Shown here: piece by piece, positions 39,195 to 49,900 of the stretch
Position numbering within the stretch: the stretch's first letter is position 1
How the letters are laid out: the number at the start of each line of letters is the position of its first letter
NCBI GenBank assembly: GCA_043228905.1
Contig: JBHGNT010000017.1
Span: 186,001 to 250,000 of the forward strand
Length of the DNA stretch: 64,000 nucleotides
From: Azolla caroliniana
Taxonomy: Eukaryota; Plantae; Polypodiophyta
Direction of reading: 5' to 3'
Made by a program: the position numbers and the translations under genes
Notes under the pieces: generated by a model
What the model was told of the DNA's origin: nothing
Database searches by the model: none
The model's input: only the letters and a program-made list of their open reading frames with translations

Positions 39195-42100
39195 TTAAGA
39201 TTATTTCTGGAAAAGAAATAGGATAAGGTCAGAGAGATAGTCATAACATCATGTCGTGATGTAAACATATCATGGGCAAACATTAATCGATATCATGATC
39301 TCACGTCAATACCCCTCTAGACGTATGAGATGAGGTTCAAGATCAGGTTACACACAAAGGTGTTTTAAAAACCATGGGGGTGACAAATAAATGTCTTTCC
39401 CTGATCTCTATATCGATTTTTTCATCGTGGCTCCCCGAGGCTCAACCATGTATGTTCGCGTCATGAATAGTTTATACACGAAAAAAATGTTAACAATAAA
39501 CTATGTTTCGGTGCCCACATATGTGGTTTCGGCTCTTTAAGTCCTATTACGAGGACCCCGAGGTGCACTTAGACCTTAAGTCTAAACATGTGTTATAGTC
39601 ATATGTATCAAGGATGTTGTATAGTCTTGGTCATATTTGAACTCGAGACCTCGAGAACAAATACATTAAACACTTGAGCCAACCAAATAAGTTACTCTTC
39701 TCGAATGCTTAATGTTTGATGCGTATAAGAGATATGCGAGGCAATTGATCATATATGTTTTTTTTAAAAGAACATATATGTCAAGGGTCCTTATTTCGCC
39801 CTCATTTACCAAAACTATGTTGGTACGTTACCTAACCCCAAGTCTCGTAATTACGATGGCATACGCCAAAGTGCAACCTAATGGTCAAGCCAAATGAGCC
39901 CTCGTTTCATAGTAGGCTCACGTGGGCCATCACATGGTCACGTCATTACGAATGCCTCTCGTAAGAATGAGCTCATGGTGGCATCGTATCTATGTAACGA
40001 GGGAGGGATGTTGGATACGTGCGTCATTGGAGCGACCTCACTTGAAGTGGGTCAAGCCCTACGTACTCAACATCATTATGGCTATTGGCATTTCTTTACG
40101 TAACGAAATCGAGGTCATCAACGGGGTTATCAACAATAAAAAATTGTTGAAAAAGGGATGGTGACAACGCCATTCTCACAAAAATGTGAGGACGGCCACC
40201 AACATCCTTTTTCCGACAAGGACAACTTTCGATATAATCACGTAATAACGAATATACACATATGTTTACTTATCACATATATACGATCAAATACATATAT
40301 ATGTGACCACATATGCCTATATTAAACATATCGTTATATTAAATAGCCACAAATGATGTGATCGAGATACGTAATCGAGGTATATACCTCTACGCACACG
40401 AAACATCCACAAATAAGAGATCATCGTAATACGCAATTGAGGTATTGACCTCTTACGCATACGAGACCAACCGCATATCGTTTACAACAAATCAAGGTAT
40501 TAAACTCATACACAAACGTAACATATGTTCGTGAACGTAATATGTAATTAAGGTATTAACCTCATACGCATACGACACTCATCACATATTATTAATATGT
40601 CAAACGAGGTATTGACCTCGTGCACATATGTAAACGTTTTAGATAATCAATTAAAGACCACTACAACATCATTGACTTAATGAAAAAAAATGACATATAA
40701 ACTAAACACATGATTAGATGGGAGAAGAGAGAATAGAAAAAAATTCTGGAAAGAGTTACCGAAGTTCTTTGTTGATCGTTGTCTGGATCAAGGCCGACCG
40801 CACATCAATCGATCACCATCAATCAAACGACAAATGAAAAACAAAGAAACATTAGTACATAAATCTAATACCAAATATTAGAGATCTAAGTACTAAAGTA
40901 AGCTTAAGATAAGGATAAACAAATGATAGATAGAAAGGAGAAAGAGAAAGAAGGGTGCCGATCCACCCGACCACCCCCGAGCGAAGGGATCGAGACGGAC
41001 TTGAGCCTCGATCGGCGTCCCATACCACCGTCGTGGCGTCAAGTCGTACCTGGTGCTGGTGCGCTCGCTACAAGAGTTGACCCACCACAAGAGCAGAGTC
41101 TCAATGTAGTCAAAAGATGATCAAATGAGGGTAGCTAGGCCTCTTATTTATAGCGATACCCAAGGCCCCCAGGCAAGTTCACACTTGACCTAATGGGTTG
41201 TCTCAATCCCGAGGATTAAAAGTAATCCTCCCCTTCTTTACACTCTCGTTTAACCCTCACACTTATCCACGTGTATAGAATACTACGGTAAATTCTCACC
41301 ACGGGATATTAATTGGTCATGCCCATAACATGACCCCAGTGGTCCCGCTTGGATCCGACATGCGAGCGTGGATTAACGTGACACCGGGTCTTAGGGTTCT
41401 CAACCCTCGCGCTCTAATACCATGTGAAAACGAAGGTGCAGAAGCTTTAGACAACCGGCTTAGCCGGATAGCAACAGACAGAGAAAGAGAGAGAGAGAGA
41501 TTAATACGCAAGAGAGACAGAGAAAGAGCAAAACAACTTAAATCTATTATCAAAAAACAATAATAGCTCTCTGTAACATTCTTTGTATATACAACGTGCT
41601 CAACATCACTATTTATACAAGTCCTAAGAGGACTAACAGAAGTACAATGTACTTCAATGCTCACACGAGCGTCTGACACTAACTACGAGACATTAACTAC
41701 CTAGTAGTCTCGGCTGCTACTAGGCTTCCGGTTACTGCTTGATCTGGCTAACCGGCTCCCCAACTCAACGGCTCACAGATCCAGCTCATCCTTCTGGATG
41801 CCGATCCGGCTTAGGCTTATTCAGCCGATCCGGATCCTGTTGAGCTTGCCGCTCAACAAGTCTTTATCTCAAAACAATAAAGAAAAGAGATATGCCCCTT
41901 CATGTAGGTAGCTAGCCTTCTTATATAGGCTCAAACCGTAGGCCAGGTGATGAAACACTCTAAAGTTATCTCTCAATGTAGGATTGAGATAACTTAATCT
42001 TCACCCTTCATTCTTACAAATTAGCCCACAACTACGGTTTTAGTTATGCTCGCAACCCATGATGTCATCATAGATTTGATGAAGAGAAAGTGGCATACAA

Positions 42101-42705
42101 TTAATAAGGAAGGAATGAAGTCCATAAGAGTTAATTCAGTAACAATGGATGGGCTCAAGGCCAAAGAATTCAACGTGGATAGACACTATATGAGGCCTTA
42201 CTTGGAATAAGCCACAACTGAAACTATAAAATGAATTAGAGATGTCAAGGAGCCGGTAATATTGTTGATCAACCATTTTCCTCTCACCCTTTAGCTAATA
42301 TCCTTGTATCCATCCTTCATTGACCGATTTTAAGTCTTAAACGATTGCACTCATTAAGTCAAGGAGGATTTTACCCATTTTCATACACTAGAATGCTAGT
42401 AAGAAATGAAGGAACAAGTGTAGCACTAAGAATTAAAAGGACAAAGGAATAATAGTAATAATAATAATAATAATAATAAGGCCCAAGAGCATTGTAAAAG
42501 CTATAATAAAAAATCTATAAGGCTTTTAAGCATTTTCTTAACATTTAATAAACTTGATATAGAGCCGACACCTCGCACAATCCTCATCTACTCTAAGTTA
42601 TAATCTTAGTCCTTATCTTTGGCACTATTGAAGAATCAAAAGTTAAGCTTCCACCTTAATTTGTTTGGATCTGTTGTAACTTGTTAGAGGCAACTACTTA
42701 ATGCC

Positions 42706-43030
42706 ATTAATTGTGTTGGTCTCTTTTTTGTTTGCATATTTAATCCTTAATAGTTAACATTAGGTGATTAAGTGAACTACAACTCATTTTTGAACATTTA
42801 GGTAATAGGTTTATGACTTACTTTGTTTCTTCTTTAGTATTCACTAGTATGTTCCGTATTGGTTTGACATTAATTGTGTTGGTCTCTTTTTTGTTTGCAT
42901 ATTTAATCCTTCATAGTTAACATTAGGTGATTAAGTTAACATCATCTCATTTTTAAACATTTAGGTAATAGGTTATTGGCTTACTTTATTTCTTCTTTAG
43001 TATTCACTAGTATGTTCAAGATTGGCGTGA
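42706..43030. repeat. ~162-bp tandem duplication
   Basis: CATTAATTGTGTTGGTCTCTTTTTTGTTTGCATATTTAATCC... occurs at 42706 and 42868. Confidence 0.8.
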
Positions 43031-43210
43031 CACCCACTCCTACTCGTCCCAACAACAATATGTTAAACGTTGACCCAGATCTTATAGATCTTGGTTTGTG
43101 GGTTAGTTTGATAATATTGATTAACAACATGAGTCGGTAAGTCTTAAACTTCCCCACACAAGTTACCACAAATTAACAATCAAACTAGCCATATAATTAG
43201 ACATTGGAGC

Positions 43211-44101
43211 TAGCAATGGGCCCGGTTTCGGCTCAAACCGAACTGAACCATTAAACTGAGGCTTAACGGTTTATAGGTTCGAAGATAAATAAATAGTTTG
43301 GTTTGGTTTCAAATGTTATTAATCGGTTTCGGTTCGGTTCGGTTTTGAATTTCATGGTTTAGCGGTTTGTCGACTTATCGGTTTCAGTTTATGTGGTTTG
43401 GTTTAAAGGTTTATAGGTTTACTCCTAAATTTTCCCTATAAGCTTTAACTTTTCAACTTGTAATTTTAAACCTTAGTTTTAACATATTAAATTTTATATG
43501 GATTATATGTAGAGTCTCCTTTCAATTTATGATGATCAAATATAACAAGTATAATGATCAAATTTATGATAAGTACAATGATCAAATTTATGGTAAGTAT
43601 GATGACCAAATTTATGGTAAGTATGATGACCAAATTTATGATAAGTATGATGACCAAATTTATTGTAAGTATGATGACCAAATTTATGATAAGTATGATG
43701 ACCAAATTTATGGTAAGTATGATGATCAAATTTATGATAAGTATGATGACCAAATTTATGGTAAGTATGATGACCAAATTTACAATAAGTATGATGACCA
43801 AATTTATGATGATTTTCTCACACAAATTTATAATAAGTATTGTATGATGATCAATATCAATAAAAAAATGGCTTGGCTTGGTTTGGTTTGATTTTGATTT
43901 ATAATAAACTGGTTTGGTTTGGTTTGGTTCTAAATTTTCAGGAAACGGTTTGGTTTCTCCTGTTTTTTAAACAGTTTGGTTTAAAGGTTTGGTTTAAATA
44001 GCTTCATAAATTTAAAACAGTTTGGTTTGGTTTTTATTATGAATAAATGGTTTGGTTTGGTTTGGTTTCAAGGCCAAGAAACTGAACCGCACCCATTACT
44101 A
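43211..44101. mobile_element. Non-autonomous hAT-type element (MITE), 891 bp
   Basis: TIRs TAGCAATGGG / CCCATTACTA, perfect 8-bp TSD ATTGGAGC (43203-43210, 44102-44109), GGTTT/AAACC subterminal repeats. Confidence 0.92.
43530..43812. repeat. 24-bp minisatellite, about 11-12 copies
   Basis: Unit approximately AAGTATGATGACCAAATTTATGRT. Confidence 0.92.
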
Positions 44102-44644
44102 ATTGGAGCAACATATTCATTCTTTCATCAACTACAAGTAGGAGGGTTGGGTTGACTTATTGCATTTTATAGAGTTTGCTTATAATAATTCAGTATATTA
44201 CTCCGCTAGACATACTCCATTCTTTGCTAATATAGATCATCATCATTATTGGACGATGCTTGAGTGTTTAGAAGTCCACAACTTGGATGATGATGATTGT
44301 TTAGTTCATCTTTAAGTGCTTCACACCAAGTTTTCTTATTATTTGATGCATGATGGTCAAGTCGTCTACAAGTTCATATTAAATTCTCATTGCCTTGATT
44401 CTTCTCTAGAAAAACTTGAGTTCAAAATTTAAGACTATAAACACCATTACTCATTCATGATCTCTAGCTAGATCAATGATGTGGCATTTACTCTACATCT
44501 TCTCTCACATATTCATCTTCCATGTGCTCCAAGTATCACTTTTGGAGCTTCTTGCCTCCCCAACTCTATTTTGGATCGTGTTATACTTCCCTCATCTCTA
44601 GTTGATAGTCTCAAGTACAAGGTTGAGGCCATTTTTAACCCCAT

Positions 44645-45100
44645 TGTTAGAGTTATGCTCTAATATAAGCATAGAATAAGGATAAAATATAGATAAACAT
44701 AAGAAAGGTGAGGGAGAAAGAAGGGTGTCGATCCACCCGACGACCCCTGAGCGAAGGGATTGAGACGGACTCGAGCCTCGATTGGCGTCCCATACCACCA
44801 CCGTGACGTCGAGTTGTACCTAGTGCTGGTGCGCTCGCTACAAGAGTTGATCTACCACAAGGTTAGAGACTCGACGTAGTCAAAAGATGATGAAATGAGG
44901 GTAGCTAGGTCTCATATTTATAGCGATACCCAAGGCCCCCAAGCAAGTTCACACTTGGCCTAATGGGTTGTCTCAATCCCGAGGATTAAAAGTAATCCTC
45001 CCCTTCTTTACACTCTCGTTTAACCCTCACACTTATCCACGTGTATAGAATACTACGATAAATTCTCACCACAGGATATTATATGGTCATGCCCGTAACA
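44645..45100 (-). mobile_element. Solo LTR of the G3 family
   Basis: TGTTAG...GTAACA termini, homologous to 40876-41330, degenerate TSD CCCAT/TCCAC. Splits the relic chromodomain. Confidence 0.88.
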
Positions 45101-46984
45101 TCCACGGTTGTGCTCAACAAACTATATTACTTAGTGGATGGATTAGATTACACACCCAATGATTATACTTGGGAAGTTCTCAATAATCTTGCCAACGATC
45201 CAACTCTTGTCAATGAGTTTCATCAACAATATCCTCATAAAACAAGACCTACTTTGTGCCTTACAACTAGTGGAATTTGTAATTGGAGGGAGATGGTGTC
45301 ATGAGACATAAAATCAGAGATTTTGGGAAGGCTCATGTTCATAACATTGTTTGGAACTATTGTATTTGTAGCATTATAACTTTTTTTATTGTAAACACCT
45401 TGTGTGATAGTTATGCATGATAACCAAATGGAAAACACACAAGCATTTGGGAAGGTTCGTTTTCATAACATTATATGAAACTATTGTATTTGTAGCATTG
45501 TGACTTTTTAAATTATTGTAAGCACGTTGTGCGATAGTTATGCATGATAGTCAATGCCGTGGAGTTGACAACCAATGCCGTGGAGTTGAGGTAACAATCC
45601 TAAGGTTGAAAAATGAATTCCCACGTATATAAGAAACTGTTTAATGAATTAAGCTTGTCACATTGTACCCGAACACAAGTAATGTTAGTCTAGACTTTAT
45701 TGTGTTGTCCAAGTGAAAGTGGAAGTGGTATCTTTACAGAGCATAACATGTTGACTATTGAATTTCATTGTTAATAAGCATCTCATAATAGACTTAGGAG
45801 AAATCGGAGAAAGCATATCATTACTCCTCAGGTTTCACACCCCAAGTTTCATTTCGCTAGGGTTACTCGTTGTCTGGAAAATTGCGGTATTCATTTCTTT
45901 TCGATCTAGAAACGAGAACAGCTTTGGTCGTTTTACCAGGTATGAATTCTGTTTGCAGAACTATTTTTATATTGATGCAGAGTCGGCTTAGTGTTAGATT
46001 GACTGAACCCTTCTCTGTATCAAGGAAGGCTACTGTGCATTCATTCACGTATTCCATAAGTAAACTTTTAGGTGTTATTTATGCATTTGGTACCGTTACA
46101 ATTTTGATGAGGAAAATCCATTACTTTACAGAGAACAACAAAATTGCAAAGAGATAAGAAACAATCATGTGTGAGGCGCAATGGGTGATCATTGATTAGT
46201 AAAAACTCACAAAAATATTTATCCATTAACAATGAATCCATCTAGAAGTTTATAGGATTTGACAGATTTTTGCATGTATAGACTGAAAGAATCTAGAAAT
46301 TGTAGAAATTGCACATGCACCTGGTCTTTGCTTTAAGTCTTGCATGAATGCACATTTAGCCAGTATCAGATGTTGTGTGAATCATTTTAATCATGTGAAT
46401 AATGATTAAGAATCGAGAATAATGCTATACAATAGCAAGATCTGAAAAAAGTCTGAAAGCTCTAAATGCTAATTTCTCAAAGGAAAAGTTTGGCACATTT
46501 TATGTGCAAGTTGCAACAAGGGCAGCCGTTTGTGGAAACTTCTAGCAATTTGGATCTCAACTTTCAAGTAGTTATCTCGTGGACATGATTACCTGCTCCA
46601 GTCACATTGCTTAATGCAGTTGCCCTCTAAGCACACAGAGGCACTAAGACAAAATCTGTAGTTTTAAAGAATTTTTTTCTTTGCTTGCTAATTTCATAGT
46701 GTATTTGAACTCTTTTCTATTTTAACTGGCATTGGCTCTTATTCGTTTGAAACAGAAAAGAAACACCCTCCGTAAATAGGAGTGTTAAAAACGAGAAATG
46801 GAAATAAATGGAAATCTTGTTGCAATTAAATGTGATTTACTCTCAGTCTAGAATCAGTTCTTTGCATATTATTTCCTTGTAGCCTGTTACTATGTGACTG
46901 AATGTCTACTTGAGTGGAGGGTACTGACTCTAATGTTTTAATTTCAGCTCATAAGAAGAAATTTCATATAACAATAAGTGCAAA

Positions 46985-49900
46985 ATGGCTGGAGAAATTC
47001 TTAGTGTGGTTGAGGATCAGGGTTTATATGAAAATCCATGTGGCTATTGCAAATCAAATACTCCTACAAGCTTTGCTTATGGTGATCACCTTTAATATTT
47101 ATTTCTGGTTTATGCTTTGAATTTGGAGTTTCATTGTAAGATTTTGTTGGGCATCTCGAAATATTTGATCTGCCTTTCTTGCTACACAAGACGCTCAATG
47201 AGCAATCTGATTCATCAATGCTGCGATGTAATCGAAATATTCTCATCAAGATATACTCAGGCCATATACATAGGTAATGTTGTCATAAAATTGGAACCAG
47301 GTGAAGGATAACCTCTCATGCCTGTGATCTTTAAAGAGGTTATAAGAGATGCCTTGTTTATAAGAACACTATTCCTTATCCATACTAAAATATGCTTCAT
47401 GAAATACTGAAACTGGAGAGAGATACAAAAGACTCCAATCTTTTCCATAAAACCAGGAATTTTGTGGTTTTTTTCAAACGTCTATGTTTCTAGAATGTGT
47501 AGCGGACCCAGCATTTCTAGGGGACTGAAGCCTGCTACTACAATACAAGGAGGATTGAGAATTATCCATCTATTTGCATGAAACAACTTGGTGTCTAGGG
47601 TATTACATCCCAGTAAGTTGAGTTTTACCCGGACTCTTACCCAGAACAGAAAATCTTAGAATGTCTCTTCCTCTTGGAACGGGTTCAGACTATGATTACG
47701 GAGATTTGGTGGAATCTTTGTTTTGTGAATGTTCGGTAATTGGATCAATAAACCCACGGACATTTTGAGTAAGATAACTGAAATGCAAGATTTTATTTCT
47801 TCCATTCCTTTAGAAACGGATACTCAATGCATAATGAGTAAATATGATCACTAAGGTTGAAGTGATTGAAAAAAAAAGTCACTTCAGTAGTTTCTATTCA
47901 AATCATATGGAAAGCTGTATTTGATGTTTCACAAATTTTAGTTTGGATCCAAGTTTGCATAACGGAAGGGCCAGTAAAAAATTGTTTCATGGAAGCATTT
48001 TATTTCATATGTATCCAAATTTTAAATGCGCATATATACATATGTTCATGCCTATTGAAAAATGAAATTACAAATTTGACTTCACATTTCGTATTTTTGA
48101 CCAATTTAACTTTATTAATGAAGGAAACAAACGCATGCATAAATCCATCTAGAAAAATGCTGACAAATTCTGCTCCAACAGATATGTAACATAGTGCATT
48201 TTCAATTGCTTTATTTTGGACATGTTTTCCATGTTCAAGGAGTTTTATATTGCAATGCACCAAATGCTTTCGTTGTAATTGATTTTGGCCCAATTGCTAC
48301 CAGACAGAAATCTGCTTGCTCTTATGTTCTTCTATGTGTATTTTTTTGTGCTTTTGAATTTGTATGTTTTGGTCAGATGGCTGATGTCTGAAACAACAGT
48401 GGGGAACCAAGGCTCAGCAGTGGAGAGGATTCCAAAAACATAGAAAAGCCACTAGTTGCAATGATTGTCCACATGATAAGGGGAAAAATATAGGCACCAC
48501 AAATAGCGAGCAGCCCCAGTTATCATAAGAGGCACTTTTTCAAGCCATAACTTGTTTAGGTCGAATGTGATAATCATCTAGGTATCACTATCCACAGTTG
48601 GTTCTTCTCTCATCTATATAGATAGGACAAAGACAAATACAGCAATAATGACAAATATCATTGAAGTGGAAATGAATAAACTTGGGTTCATCACAAGTGC
48701 AGTTAAAAGTCTCTCCTCTAACACATTTTTACCATTTGAATATAGCCTTGACTGTCCAATTTTGGACCTGAGTAAGTTAAAGAGAAATAAATTAAGGACA
48801 GGTATCATTGAAATGGACACGAATGAGCGTGGATGGATCCAAAGTGCAGCTAAAAGTCTCTCTTCTTATGCATGTTGACCATTTGAGTATAGCCTTGAGT
48901 GTCCAATTTTGGATCTTAGTACATCAAAGAGAATTATAAGTGATAGAAGGATGGATATCATTGAAGTGGACATGAATAAACTGGATCAATCCAAAAGTTG
49001 TCAAGCCAAATAAATGAAGACACACATGGCATCTGACTGTTGCACACAGCGATAGGGCAGGTCTGAACTTCATCTCATCAACTAAGGATATAGAGTGGGT
49101 GGTTTAATCATACACCTTGTGCAATCTGGAACTTGAATCTGAGAACCATTATATATGTTATTGCAATACAAAGTTATCATTCTCTTTTTAGAGAGGATTT
49201 GAATCTCTCTATATGATAATGGAATACGTTGATCAAGATGCTAACTATTAACATCTTCAAGAGGCCAAATGGCCTAGCAGACCGAATGAGAGATTGCATC
49301 TTAAAATCTTATCTCATTTTGAGAACCATAATTAAATTAATAAAACTGTCTAATGTATCAGTAAATCTTGTTATCTAAGTATGTAACATTCTAAACGTAG
49401 ATGAACTGAAACTTCTGCCTTTGAAATATCTCCAACATGGGCCAATCAAAGATGAAGAGGTCTCCAAAACAAAAGTTTAGAATTTGGAGGAGACATAGTT
49501 AGGCCTCTTGATGATGAAGACTGCCATTGTCACATATCCATCCATGTACATGGAGTACTTTGCCAAATGTTTTCAGCATGGATACTACTAGGTATACTAT
49601 TTGGAGATGTACAAGCAATTTTATGATAACCGTCATGACATTGGATGAGATATTTGAATATGTCACTTGTCAGGATGGAAAAGTACGGAAAACTGAAATC
49701 AACAGTCACTTCCACCTCATGCTAAAGCCCTTGGTATCATTTACCATGTACTTATTGGGATGCACCATGTGAAATGAAGTCTTTTGTAGACATCTACTTT
49801 TGTTTTTCTTCTGATGGCAACATCATTCTATTTAGGCTGGTGTCTGTATTTGCCAGTCTTCCGTGTTTTTTCTATAGCTATTGTAACTAATTAATGTTGC

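Larger units (their letters stand above)
33626..41330 (-). mobile_element. Ty3/Gypsy chromovirus G3
   Basis: LTRs 40876-41330 and 33626-~34797 (split by a solo LTR, PPT end apparently deleted). PBS TGGTATTAGA at 40864-40873, 1.7-kb leader, gag, RT (FLDD), RH, IN and chromodomain. Probable TSD CATGA, overlapping the terminal CA on the right. Confidence 0.9.
32216..41383 (+). mobile_element. Partial long LTR of an unidentified family (32216-33625 plus 41331-41383), split by G3
   Basis: TATA-like CTATAAAAGGGAGG at ~32734, pyrimidine-rich downstream region, ends ...CGTGACA at 41383. The 5' end is lost at the junction with the middle LTR of C. Confidence 0.5.
20739..41858 (-). mobile_element. Copia element C, a three-LTR composite hosting D, G3 and LTR remnants
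   Basis: TSD AGTCT at 20734-20738 and 41859-41863. LTRs at 20739-21182, 31844-32215 (truncated) and 41423-41858. PBS GCTCTAATACCA at 31832-31843 and 41411-41422. PPT at 21183-21192. Confidence 0.88.
43140..45450 (+). mobile_element. Highly decayed Tcn1-like Gypsy relic (integrase, chromodomain, PPT, LTR start)
   Basis: Residual TLEQHIHSFINY, KYKVEAIFN/NKLYYLV...YTWE, and GGAGGGAGATGG followed by TGTCATGA at ~45285-45304, matching the 3' ends of G1 and G2. Confidence 0.6.

Noticed and set aside
40370-40625. CRISPR-like repeat-spacer appearance
   Set aside because: Eukaryotic retrotransposon leader, degenerate repeats, spacers related to each other and no cas genes.
43487-43891. Repetitive ORFs (YDDQIYGK, MMTKF, IILIINLV)
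   Set aside because: These are translations of a 24-bp minisatellite inside a MITE.
45780-45939. Possible ATE1 5' UTR exon (donor at 45940, acceptor at 46947)
   Set aside because: The splice signals are plausible but cannot be supported without transcript data.
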